Positions 49,002 to 60,977 of a stretch of DNA of 64,000 bases are shown piece by piece (within the stretch, counting starts at the first letter, position 1; each line of letters begins with the position of its first letter). The stretch lies in NCBI GenBank assembly GCA_907165135.1, contig OU015568.1:5084001-5148000 (forward strand), written 5' to 3'. The DNA is from Oikopleura dioica (Eukaryota; Animalia; Chordata). The position numbers were made by a program, and so were the translations under genes. The notes beneath the pieces were generated by a model. That model was not told the DNA's origin. It searched no databases and was given only the letters and a program-made list of their open reading frames with translations.

Positions 49002-52000
49002 ATGAAGTTAGCAGCTACTCTTTTGACCTTCGCCGAAGGAGCTTGGAAGGACAAATGGGAGAATCAAATAAGAGGACGATCACCAGCGACTGCGGCGGCT
49101 TGCACTGCGGCTATGATTGAGGAGACCGCGGCTTTGCCGATCGTTAATGGTGAATGGGACTGCCCAACGCTAGGACAAGATGTTTCCACGATGGTTTGCT
49201 CAGCGAAATGCCTCGTCGGAGAGAAAAATTGGAAGAAGGCTTCGATTCAGGTACTTTTTCGATTTATTTTTTTACAGAACTTTCGTCTTAAAATTGAGTC
49301 TTTCCCTAATAATCATCAATTTTGTAGGCAAAATGCAAATCCACCCCGAAAATCAAGCGAAAACTCAGCACTGAGAACCTGATCTGTGAGGAAAAAGTCG
49401 ATCTCTGCGAGGAAGCGCTCTCATCCATGGACATTCTTATGGGCTCCCTGAATCTAGTCAGCACCCACCCTAAAAAGGGAAATACCTACCGACTCGTCTG
49501 CGACGATGGAGAGGATCTGGGCGCGGTCAAGTGCAAGAATGGCAATTTCAAGTCGAAAATCAACTCATTCGAAACTGCTTGCGACCGATTTGTCTGCAAC
49601 GAGGAAGATGCCTTCGAAAACTTCCCGATTGGCGAGGGCGAGTGGAGATGTTCCACCAAAAAAGGCAAAATTACTTGCAGTGGAAAGTGCTTCTGGGAAG
49701 AATCTGCACCGATTCGTTTCAAAACTCGCTGCACGCCAAACGATGGCTGGTTCATTTTCAAAAATGAGAAGTTTTCTGATGACTTCTGCGAAGAAGAGCC
49801 AACAACAACTACGGAATTTACTTCAACGACTACCGATGCAACCACATTCACAACTGGTCCAAGTACAACAACACTTGCAACAGAACCGCCTTTCACTACC
49901 CCAGATCTATCCGATTTCGAAGCATTGACAGATGTGATCACTCCTGGCCTTCTTACCTGCGCCCGCGAATCAAACTTCGGAATCGACGACGAAACTCGTG
50001 GATCTTCAAAGATCGTTGGAGGAGTAACAGCAGCAGAAAATGCATGGCCCTTCATCGCCAGACTTTTTATCAAAGATGATCCAGATAGCCTCACTGGTTT
50101 CAGATGCGGAGGAACAGTAATTGACAATAACTGGGTTTTGTCCGCCGCTCATTGTTGCGAGGGCGCGGTGTCGATCAAAGCGGTTTTTAGTGATTTGAGC
50201 AGCAGCGTCTTCGAAAGCGGCCAATTTGATCTCACTGCTCATCACTTCGTCATTCACCCCGATTACGAAGGAAAAGGAAATGATATCTGCTTGATCCATT
50301 TCACGGAAGATATCGTTGCCAGTGACAATGACGGTGATGTCAAGATTGCTTGTCTCCCAGAAGAGCCTGTTGAACATGGAAAAGCCTGCTGGGTTGCCGG
50401 ATGGGGAACGACTTCCTCTGGAGGATCATTGTCCAGCGATCTCCTTCAGGTCGGCGTCAACGTAATGGATCAGGACTACTGTCTCGCCAAGTCCTTCATC
50501 GCTAGCCTCGAGGGAGACGACATCTGCGCCGGTATTCCTGATATGGACGGCGATCATCTTGTTGACGGCGGAGCAGACGCTTGCCAAGGTGACTCTGGAG
50601 GACCTCTTCTTTGCAATGTTGATGGACGAGCCACACTTGTTGGTGTCGTTTCACGCGGAACAGGTTGTGCGTTGCAGGGATGGCCAGGATTGTACTCTTC
50701 GGTTGACAGCTCCATTGACTGGATTCAAGAAACTGTTGCTAGCTTCATGCCGACAACTTCCACAACGACAAGCACTACTACTTCGACAACTACAAGTACT
50801 ACCACTACTACAAAAACAACGACCACCACAACTACCACTACAACAACGACGACAACATTGACCACGACTACCACCACTACCACTACCACTACCACCACTA
50901 CCACCACCACTACCACCACGACTACGACAACGACGACCACAACAACGACCACAACCACCACCAAGACAACGACGACGTCGACCACAACATCGACAACTAC
51001 CACCACCACCACCACGACTACGACGACCACGACGACGACTACTACGACGACTACAACTTCTACAACTACAACTTCAACAACAATCACCACAACCACAACT
51101 ACAACTACCACAACTACTACAACTACTACTACTACGACAACCACAACTACGACAACTACAACGACTACAACCACTCCTCCTGAATTCGTCCCTCTTACAA
51201 ACTCCATCACCGCTGGACTCGACACCTGTACTGACTCCTCCAATTTCCCAACAGGTGGACGAAAGAAACGTGCCCGCATGTCAAAGATTGTGGGCGGAGT
51301 TACCGCAGAAGATAATGAGTGGCCATGGATCACTAGACTTTTCCTTGCTCAAACAGTTGGTGGCACAAGTGGATTCAGATGCGGCGGAAGTATCATCCAC
51401 TCGAACTGGGTTCTATCAGCTGCTCATTGCTGCGAGGATATGGCGGAAATCACTGCGACTTTTGGAGAACTTTCAGTGAATGATTTTGACTGTAAGTAAA
51501 GACTTTCATTTCTGAAAATCAAGGTCTTTGTAGCAAACGAGTACAGCCTATCTTCAACAACCTTCTTCAATCACCCTGAATACGGAAACTCAAGTGACGG
51601 AAACTCGATGAATTCTGACTGGTGCCTTATCAAATTCGACGATGATATCCTCGCTGCTGATCCAGAGGGAAAGACTCGTATGGCTTGTTTGCCAACTGAG
51701 GAACCAGAGCATGGCGCAGGTTGCTGGGTTGCTGGATGGGGAGCTACTTCTTTCGGAAGTGGTACTTCTTCTGAGCTCTTGAGCACTGGTGTCAATGTTA
51801 TGAGCCAAGAGTACTGTCTTCTTAACAGGATCGTTTTATACAAATTTTAACGGCAAACCTTTTTTTGGTTTACGACTTTCTTGAATCATTTCGTAAAACA
51901 TGAACAGTAACATCAACTCCCTGATGCCCGACGATGTCTGTGCCGGGATCCCTGATCTTAACTCTGACGGCTTCACCGATGGCGGTCAGGATTCTTGCCA

Positions 52001-52166
52001 GGGCGATTCTGGTGGACCCCTCATTTGCCCAGTCAACGGCCGAGCTACCCTCATCGGAGTTGTTTCTCGAGGAGTCGGCTGTGCCAGCGAGGGATGGCCG
52101 GGAATTTACTCCTCCGTCTTGAGCGCAAAATCTTGGATCGAAGCGACCATCGCGGCAAATCCCTAA
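49002..52166 (+). CDS. Secreted tandem double-trypsin protease with N-terminal Cys-rich modules and a poly-Thr linker
   Basis: Signal peptide; two K|IVGG activation sites; two complete triads ([21 protein letters not shown]); RKKR before the second domain. Confidence 0.92.
50753..51175 (+). repeat. Coding ACN repeat: 141-codon Thr-rich linker
   Basis: Nearly uninterrupted ACN codons with occasional Ser/Lys/Leu/Ile, between the two protease domains. Confidence 0.95.
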
Positions 52167-53505
52167 AAAAATCACGAAAATGACGGAATTTTTCATAAAA
52201 TCTTTGATAACAACAAGGACTCATATTTCCATTTCTCACCTGTAAATAAATAACATCAAACAAAAAGTGAGGTCATTTTAATCCACGCATACAGGCAGGA
52301 ATATATTTTCTTCGACACGACAACACATGCATAATTTATCAAAAGACAACTCGTTGCTTGCCGCTTTTTTTAATAACCAATTTGAATTTCAAAGACGGGA
52401 CAATACTTAATGTCAGCGCCTCCTTACATGCCATTTCAGGTGGAAATCATGTCCACAGTTTCCAATTAACATTCGATTTTCTCATTTTCTTGATGAATGA
52501 TTGATTATTCCGGCGAGTATAAAAGTCATCGACGTCTGATTTCCTCAACCACATAATTAATTCGCCATTCTCCGAGTTTTCAACTGCAGGTTTGTCAATT
52601 TTTGATTTCAAGAGGGCACCTTAGTACGACGAAAACGTTCCCAAAATCAGATAATGCATTCCACGATGATAAATTGCGGATCTTAGATGAGAATAATTGA
52701 TTCTCGGAGAACTCTCAATCTTTAATTCGTCTTCTTTAAAAGGAAATACTGATACAGTTTTTTGATTCAGAACAACATGCAGTTGAACCTCTTTTTCCTC
52801 CTTGTCGCCGTTGCCGATGGTTTTCTTCAGAGTAGATACAGCTTCTCGGATCACCCTAAACAAGGTTCGTCTTTTTGAAAAATTTAATGCAAAAATGATC
52901 TTTTAGAAAAAGACACTTCATCTGGACTCAAGCAATTTCTAGAGCAGTGCTCACGATATAGTTACAGTTAATTATGAAATTTTTGGACATTTTTTGTCCC
53001 AAGATTTTCGCAAAAATATCCAAAAATTTGATACACGCGGCCAAAAAAAATGTCCCATCCAAATCGCTTAAAAAATTTTTTTTGAGGAAAATCTCCATCA
53101 TTCTTTGTTGAATCCTTCTTCTCAAGACAAAAAATGTTTTGGGGGTACGAGATCAACCTTCAATCTTATTTTTCTCAAAGAAAAAGTAAGATTTTTAATA
53201 AGAAAAAACATCATATTATAAGAAAACATATCTTGAGCAACAAAAAGGCTGGCTGAACCCGATGAACATTCCGCCTTTCAATAAACGTCTTCAGAAAAGA
53301 AATCATTTCTTGGAGAGGAATTTTGAATATTGACTGTTAAAAATAAAAGAAACTAAGGGTGAAAATATGTTTTTCTCTATAAAGATTCATTTTCGGTTTT
53401 TAACCATTTATATTTTATGGTCTGGAAGCCTATTCATAATTTGGCTCTCTTCTGTTCCAGTGAGCGCCTTTTCGTTAGCCTACTGGATTCTCAGTTGCCA
53501 AGAGA

Positions 53506-54000
53506 ATGGATTACGAAGCGTATCTTGATGCTTTTCAAGCCGAGCTAAATTACAAGCCGAAAGCTCCAGCTTTTGGTCATCCTCCCGCAGCTGGTGAAAT
53601 AGGAAGTGCTAGAAAGGCCTCCAGACCTAATTCCGAAAATGCTCCGCTTTCTGACGAAAAGAAGGAGGCAATAGCAAAGGCGAAAGGCGCAGCGAAAAAG
53701 GTAATTATATCATATAATTTATATGATTCTAATTGAATTCGAAGGATTTGCAGGATCTTCATGCTGATGGCCTCAATATCAAGACAATGACTCAAGATGA
53801 TCGAATAAAAATGATCACCGAAGGCCTGAAGAGTTTCGTCGAAAACGACAAAATCGCCAAAGAAATCAACAATATGTTCCAGGACCCTCGGTATAGCTTA
53901 TGCCTTTTCCACTTCAGTCTTGATTGCTTTAAGATTCAATTTGGAGGACGCAATCAAGCGTGATCCGTTGAAGATTTCACTGAAAACGATCAAAGGCTGA
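53506..54000 (+). CDS. Orphan family member P1 (MDYEAYLDAFQAEL...)
   Basis: Three exons with the same intron positions as the paralogs; ends KTIKG-stop; lacks the hydrophobic C-terminal helix of the other copies. Confidence 0.65.
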
Positions 54001-54312
54001 AAAAATGCTTCAGAAGAAATGATGTTTCTGAAAAGTTCTGTTTCATCAACGAAAGATTCCAATAAAATGGTTAATAACAACCAAAATATATGCCTTATTA
54101 TGCAAATTACTTTATTATTATTGAAAGTTAAACTGTTGAAAACTAATTTGATTGATATGTTTTTCGTTTAAAAAACCTTCTCATGAGCTTTTTTATGAGC
54201 CTACTCATGAAGAGTCAGAAGAGTCGTTGACAGTGTCTAAATTTATCGCTTTTTTCAAGCGCAGTGCTAGCAAACGATTCCGCCTCAGAAGTCAGACTAG
54301 TTTTCAAAGAGA

Positions 54313-55849
54313 ATGACCTTGGATTACGTAGCTTATTTGACTGCGGTCATACGTGGTCAATCTTCGGGGTAGGGATCCCGAAGAATAGACGATTTTAAAT
54401 ACGCTCAATCTTCGGGGTAAAATCCCGAAGAGCTACCGATAAAAAATGCGGCCAATCTTCGGGGTCTCGAAAATCCGGAGACGAAGAATAACCGATCAAC
54501 ATTGTGGTGAATCTTCGGGGTCAGAAAAAAACTTTGAAGATGAATACTTATAAAAGATCAGCATATTTAATTTTTCTATAGTTTTTCCTGCTATGAGAAA
54601 CTATCAAACAAATAGAAATCCGATGTTACAATTTATGAATGAATAATAATGAATAATAATTTAATGAATAATATTTTATTAAAGTGGCCGATATTTCCGA
54701 CCAGAATTCAGGGATTTTCGAATAAAAATTTCGTCCTAAAGATTGAAAGCCAATTAACAACTCTCTTATTGAAAGTTTTTAACAGTAAACTATTTAAAAA
54801 GTAGAAAATTATCAAAACTGATTGTCCCTAACCTCGGGGCTCCGCCCCTCGGTCCTAAGATGCCGGGGTCTAGTCTAGGGTTAGTTAGGGTTACCGAAGG
54901 CCTATCCCCCTCGGGTAATTTGTTCCGTCATTTTGAAGGTGCCCCCTAACCCTAACCTTTATTTTAGCAAATACAATGATTTTATTTTTTTTTATCGACA
55001 AAAAGTCTTTGGGGATTTTTGAAGCGCAGGATGAAGTATTCTTTTTTACCAACTCTTGTGCTGATAGCAACATTCATAAGGCGGGCGGATGATAGGAATT
55101 TCGATAACGCGGCAGCGAAATTTAGCACTCGACAATCTCGAAAACACTCATTTGACCCCGAAGAATCACCGCATTGTGCATCGGTTATTCTTCGTCTCTG
55201 GCTTTCAAGACCCCGAAGATTGACCGCATTTTATATTGGTAGCTCTTCGGGATCGTACCCCGAAGATTGAGCGTATTTAAAATCGTCTATTCTTCGGGAT
55301 CCCTACCCCGAAGATTGACCGCATATGTCGTTGACTGCTTTTCAAGAGGAGCTCCACCGGAAACCAGCAGGTTTTGGGCCTCCTCCCGCAGCTGGGGGAG
55401 TCAGTAATGCCAGAGCTTCTTCCGAAACTCCGGATTCTGGGGAAAAGAAAGAAGCAATTCAGGTAATTTCATGAACGAATAAAGACAATTACAATTCACG
55501 AACAATAGGATCTTCATGCCGATAGACAAAATGTCATCAAAGGAAAGACCAAGGAGGAGCTAATTACTGCTATCACTGCAGAACTCAAGAGCTTTGCAAA
55601 GAATGACGAAATCGCGAAAGAAATGCAGACCTTGGTGGACAATCCCAAGTAAATCTACTTCTTTATTTATTATCCTACAAAATTTTCTTTAGATACGACG
55701 ATGTCGCGGAGAAAATCAAGACCGATCCAAGTGAGATCGTCGAATATCTCACCGCAAAATGGGCAAAATTCGCCCTTCTTGCTGCTGCTTACTACGTCGG
55801 CGCTAACCAGGACACTCTGATTTCCCTGGTGGAAACAATCAAAGCTTGA
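54313..55849 (+). pseudogene. Orphan family member P2, with exon 1 interrupted by a foldback element
   Basis: Removing the insert and one TSD gives MTLDYVAYLTAFQEELHRKPAGFGPPPAAGG; downstream exons are intact (DLHAD.., AKFALLAAAYYVG..VETIKA-stop). Confidence 0.65.
54345..55330. mobile_element. 986-bp foldback-type element with ~180-bp inverted arms built from CAATCTTCGGGGT subrepeats
   Basis: 8-bp TSD TTGACTGC at 54337-54344 and 55331-55338; four AATCTTCGGGGT units on the left mirrored by ACCCCGAAGA(T/A)T units on the right. Confidence 0.88.
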
Positions 55850-56108
55850 AAATAAAATTTGGCGCTGACGAAATCTGATTTCTCCTGACGAGTTCCGTTT
55901 CCTGGCCAAACTATTTCACTAAAAATAGCACTAAAAATTATTTTCATTCTCATGTTTTTTTTTTCAATTTTTATGCTTTCTTCGCAGTTCTCATTGAACG
56001 GAGAGCCAATTGTTCTGTTTAAATTTACTTTTATGAATCAGCAAGCTTAGTCTCAGCAAATAATACCGCCTCGCAAGTCAGACTTCTCGCTTTTCAGTTC
56101 CCAAGAGA

Positions 56109-56667
56109 ATGGATTACGAAGCGTATCTAGATGCCTTCAAAGAGGAGCTCAATCGGAAACCAGCCGGTTTCGGGCCTCCTCCAGCAGCTGGGGAATAGGA
56201 GGTTCCAAAAGAGGACCCAGGCCTAGTTCCCAAAGTCAGTCGATTTCTGAAGAAAGAAAACAGGCGATGCAGGTAACTTGGCATTTTCTGGCATATAAAC
56301 TTGACTCAATTCGTTTAAGGATCTTCATGCGGATGGGATGAATGTCAAGGCAATGTCCCAAGATGATCGGATTCAATTTATCGCTGGAGAACTGAAAAAT
56401 ATCGCGGCGACAAACGACCAAATCGCAAATGAAATTCAAACGATGCTCGAAAATCCCCGGTAATTTCCATCGATTTTCCCCGAAAATAATCTCTTCAGAT
56501 TCGACATGGTGGCAGAAATCAAAGAAAATGCTACGGGAATCATGAATTTTCTCAACCTAGGACATGCCAAACAAGTCGTTAAAGTTGCCCTTCTTGCTGC
56601 TGCTACTGTAGTTGTTGTTGACAACCGAAGCACTCTCTTTTCCCTGGTGCAGACGATCAAAGGCTGA
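56109..56667 (+). pseudogene. Orphan family member P3 with a 1-nt frameshift in exon 1 (pseudogene or sequencing error)
   Basis: gct ggg gaa TAG at ~56187-56198; adding one base restores GG(E/G)IGGSKRGPRPSSQ..AMQ, which reaches the conserved donor. Confidence 0.6.
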
Positions 56668-56855
56668 GAAAGAAATTTCTTCGAAGAATGGATTCTCCTG
56701 ACATGTTCGGTTTCATCAGCAAAACGTACCAATAAAATGATCAAAAAGCAACCAAAATTGTTGTTTTTCTTTACTGAATGTCTTCCCTACCGCTCTAGAG
56801 TCGATAAACATACTGTTCTGCTTGTAATTACCACGAATTCGTGGCGAAAACAAAA

Positions 56856-56937
56856 CGACACCGATGGGATTCGAACCCACGCGTGCAGAGCACATTGGAT
56901 TAGCAGTCCAACGCCTTAACCACTCGGCCACAGTGTC
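56856..56937 (-). tRNA. tRNA-Ser (anticodon GCT)
   Basis: Reverse complement GACACTGTGGCCGAGTGGTTAAGGCGTTGGACTGCTAATCCAATGTGCTCTGCACGCGTGGGTTCGAATCCCATCGGTGTCG; long variable arm; downstream TTTT. Confidence 0.95.
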
Positions 56938-57093
56938 ATGTCTGCCCGCGCCAGCTTTGACATTTATAAAGCGCACTTTTTAAGTGAAAGAAAACGCACT
57001 GGAACTAATCAATTCTTTCTACCGGTACCAGAGTTGGATTGATATTTTCAAGCCTTTATTTGTTTTGATGATTCACGGAAAATAAGGCGAGCA

Positions 57094-57703
57094 TCAGACA
57101 AAATACGATTCCTGACCAAAGAAAGTCGTGGCAATGCTTCTCAGAACACTCCTATCGTCTCCTAAAACATTGACTGCAGCAGTAAGAAGCATGACTTTCG
57201 AAGCTCGTTTCGCATTTCCGAGACTGAGAAGAGTTGCGATTCCTGTGGCATTTTCTTTTATTGCCAGTTGCTCGTTGAATCTAAAATGAAAATAGCGCCT
57301 CCGGAAACACACTGTATTACGCGTACTTTGACTCGTTTACGATCTTTCGTAGACCTTCTGCAACTTCTTCATTGGTTTGAGCGATTTCTTTAAGGTCCGT
57401 GAAGATAGCTTTGACACGCTCTTCCTGAGTCATGAAAACATTTTTACCAGAGTGGACATCCTTAATAATTAAAATCAACAAAAGTTACTCCCAAAGGAGT
57501 CCTACTTGTATGGCTTGTTGTTGCTCAATAGTCCGACTCGTTTGAGGCCGCTGACTAGTGCTTCCTCTCCGAATCGGTCCAGCCGCCATGTAGAGAGGCT
57601 TGGAAGGTCCCACTCCCCCAGCTGCGGGTGGACCCCCAAATACTGGCCGTTTGGGCCGCTTGAGCTCCGCTTGAAAAGCATCTAAATATGCATCGATGTC
57701 CAT
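57094..57703 (-). CDS. Orphan family member P4 (inverted orientation)
   Basis: MDIDAYLDAFQAELKRP..FGGPPAAGG, three exons, C-terminal IKENATGIATLLSLG..KVMLLTAAV matching P3. Confidence 0.7.
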
Positions 57704-58332
57704 TTTCTCTGACAATAAAGAAGTTATGGCTGAGTAGCGAGCCCCAACGCTGAATCATAAAACATATTTGAACGAAGAGCGTCCCTCAAGTACAATCAAA
57801 GGCGATGAACTAGCACTAGAATCCGCAAAACGATGGTTCAATCTATTCAAATGGGAGCTCTTGCTAATCTTGATGCATTTAATTTGATCATCCTAATAGG
57901 ATCGATCAAGTTAATTGCTATCAAAACGATGGGTAACGGGGCAATTTCGAAATGGCAGATTCTATTTACGGACATAAAACGCTGTGCGTAGCGATTAATA
58001 AGTCGATAAATGCGGCATTTATCTGGAACATCAACAATTCTCCGTAAGCCGATTCGTTTCAAGCCCGTTTTGTTAATTGTGGTTGATTTCGGCTGAAAAC
58101 AAATTTACCTTTCTTTTAATACTTAACCAGGGCCGATCAGTTAGACGGCCGAAAATGGCCAACGTGTATGATGTTTTACACCAAAACTTTGCGAATAATC
58201 TAAACCAGAGACGTTATTTTTAACATGGTGTTTCTATAAACATAGCGCTCCATTTAAGCGCGGGGAGAAAGCAGAAATGTATCATTCGACCTAGAATCGA
58301 CCAAAAAAAAAAGAAAAAAAAAACTCTTAAAA

Positions 58333-58815
58333 ATGAAGCTTTTTGCCACCCTCGCCGTCGCTACTTCCGCTCTCGACTGCTGGACCGGTATTGGAACTTC
58401 CGTCGCCGACTTTGATGCCAACAAAGTCAGTGTTACCTGCCAGGCGAACGAGGAGACCTGCCAAATCACCGTCAGGTAAGAGAGTTTTCAGCTTTTATCA
58501 GATGATTTCAACGATTTTGATTCTTTTTTTTTGGTCTTCAAATCCTTCATTTTTCCAGGGTTAACTATATTGTTCAGACAACGAGGAGGAGTCGTCGAGC
58601 AAGTCATCGGATCATGCAAAGCTGAAGATGCCTGCAAAAACAACCGAGCGCAGAACTTCTGGAAAGGCGACCAATGCAAACCAGAGGACACAGTCGACGC
58701 TAACGGCGCTCAAATCACCTCCGTCTGCAGAACTTGCTCCGACACTGCTGCCGAGCAGATCGCCGCAGCTAGCTACGCTACCGAGGCTGAATGGAAGACC
58801 AACCTCCTCGCCTAA
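58333..58815 (+). CDS. Small secreted 8-Cys protein (2 exons)
   Basis: Signal peptide MKLFATLAVATSA; LDCW..TCQANEETCQITVR|QRGG..GSCKAEDACKNNRAQNF..QC..SVCRTC; aataaa downstream. Confidence 0.8.
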
Positions 58816-58948
58816 ATAGACACAAAAACTACAATATTCCGCCTTTGACTGCCTTATTCGCTCCCCGACGATTTTCTCTCCCTCTGTGAAAGAATTCAAT
58901 AAATAAATTATTAAAAAACTTTGAATATATTTTCAATTATTTTCAGTA

Positions 58949-60011
58949 TTATTGTCCAGCAGTGGCAGAAAGACCTTTCACACCAGCAATGATTGTTCCA
59001 CAGCCAAAGTTCTTGAAATCATCGTGTTCTTCGAGGAATTTCTTGAGCTCATTTTTCTCTGCGAACTCTTTCACTTTCGCCTTGAATCACGATTTATTCC
59101 CTTGACCTCCTTAGTCATATTTTACCTTTGCTGCTTCTCGCTCCTCTTCAGTCGCAGAACTCAAGACAGAGTCCATGAACCAAGCTCGCTGATTTTTGCA
59201 AAAGATTTCGTGGTCGTAGTAAGTCTCGTTGCTGCAGTAATGATTCGTCATGACTTCTTCATCTGTAACTTCAAAACCAGCGCCTTGAAGGAGCTCCCGT
59301 ACTTTTTCCTTGCTTGGACATCTGGCAATCGTTCGCGCTCTCGTTGCTGGGACCAAATGAGCGTACCTACGTCAACTTATGAAAAGAAAATAGGAAGAAT
59401 GTCTTACCAGTTGCCCCCTCGCTGTTCAGGAGTACTGAAGGCAACAACAAAGACTCCACCAGGTTTGAGAATTCGGAAGGCTTCAGAAAAGGCGTTGCCA
59501 ATGGGCGACCAATCGTCGACGACGCCATTTTCGTTGGTTTTTACGAGATGATGGATGACCATCGAGCATTTGGCAGCTTCAAACTCGTCGTTTTTGAACC
59601 CTAAATGCATTTTCATCTGATTCCTCGGGTAAACCTTCTACCTGAATCGGGAAGACAGACCTTCTTGATACCGAATCGTTCATCAAATCCGCCAGCAGAT
59701 AATTTTGCCTCGCACTTGTCAAGCATAATCTGACTGAAATCCGTGCACATGGCATATTTCAGGCCACTTTTCAGGAGTTCAACGATGTAGCTGCCAGTTC
59801 CTGTTCCAAAATCGACCAAATTGGTTTGCTCATATCCAGCAGGAGAGTTTTTCCGAATGAATTTCTCTGCAAAAAATGTTAAAAATGATCTCCTTTATCA
59901 GCGACCCGTCTACAGAAAAACAACCTTACCCATAATGTCTGCGCCAATGGGCAGTCTTGCCACATCGTAGTCACTTGCAGCGCTAGAATCGTAATTGGTG
60001 AAAGTCGACAT
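58949..60011 (-). CDS. Class I SAM-dependent methyltransferase
   Basis: YD..R motif near the N-terminus, motif I VDFGTGTGSY, acidic motif II CTDFSQIML, EFEAAKCSMVIHHL, EAFRILKPGGVFVV. Confidence 0.88.
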
Positions 60012-60625
60012 GATGAAAAAGAAGTGAAGAACTGAGAGTTCTGTCAGGAGCCGGCTCTTTTAAACTGCAAAAGACCTAAAAGGTAATCAGGTCTGGAAGC
60101 CAGAGGAGAGGTCGGACAGAGGGGTGTGGACATTCGTAAGGTGGGTCGGGCGAAATACGTGATTCCGATGATTAAAGTTGAACAGATGATAAAAGTTCAA
60201 TTCTGATTGCTTACTCATCACATTTTTCTATACGGGGCCTTTCAGGGCCGTAAAATGTTCGAAAGGATGGAAGAAAGCTGAGTAGGTCAGGGCTTTAGTT
60301 TCTGGGATATGTGACTTACAATCAGCTCTCTGTGTATTTTGGCTGCTGAAAAAACGAGGTCACAATCGCTCGAAATTATATAGTCCCGTGTATTTGCAGA
60401 AATTCGCAGAATTAGCAAAATAAATATTCAAAGGTCATGCGTTTTAAAACCGACAGTATTCAACTTCAAAATTGCAGCTTTGAATCTTTAAATGTGTTCA
60501 TTAAAACTCATCTTCTGTTCTATCGATTCTTCTGCTCGAGGAGAGGGTGAGACAGGCAAAAATCGATGAACATACATTTTATTCAAAATCTCCAACCGCT
60601 TTTTCGGCAAAGTTGAGAAAGACAA

Positions 60626-60841
60626 ATGAGCGAGGAGGGAATCGAAAGCTTGTCCAGAAAAAGGGTTGCCATTTGCTTGCTGCTGGGTTTTGCTTTTTCT
60701 TTTGCAAAGAGATACGTCGTCATGCTTTTCTATGATCCGGATGAAAACAGAGGCTTTTCAGGTAAGAAAAATTTTGAAGGAAAGTTGCTGAATTAATTTT
60801 TAGATGAAGTGATTTCTGTACCACATGCTGCTCTTCAGTAA
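60626..60841 (+). CDS. Putative 57-aa single-pass membrane microprotein (2 exons)
   Basis: MSEEGIESLSRKRVAICLLLGFAFSFAKRYVVMLFYDPDENRGFS|DEVISVPHAALQ; GT-AG intron in frame; aataaa at the stop. Confidence 0.45.
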
Positions 60842-60977
60842 TAAATGAAAACAACTTTTTTGACTGCATTTTGTGCAACTCTTTCTTTATTTAGATAACT
60901 GGCAGTGGGCTAAATGTTATCTTACAGTGAGGTCTCGTTAACTGTACAAAGTGATTCTTTCTTCTTGTTAAATAAGG

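Noticed and set aside
44325-51333. Poly-Val ORFs (44325-44837, 45151-45438, 46362-46841, 50725-51333)
   Set aside because: Antisense shadows of ACN (Thr) repeats in real genes.
52621-52863. 80-aa minus-strand ORF
   Set aside because: No motif, signal or clear splice partners. It may be a real exon but is unsupported.
54357-54520. Short repeats separated by unique spacers, superficially CRISPR-like
   Set aside because: The units are only ~12 bp, are mirrored as an inverted arm at 55150-55325, are bounded by an 8-bp TSD, and lie in eukaryotic DNA with no cas genes. They are transposon subterminal repeats.
56196-56198. Stop-codon readthrough of the TAG in P3
   Set aside because: The frame after the TAG does not match the paralogs. 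A 1-nt indel explains the data.
58952-59551. 199-aa plus-strand ORF
   Set aside because: Antisense to the methyltransferase exons and shows no recognisable motifs.
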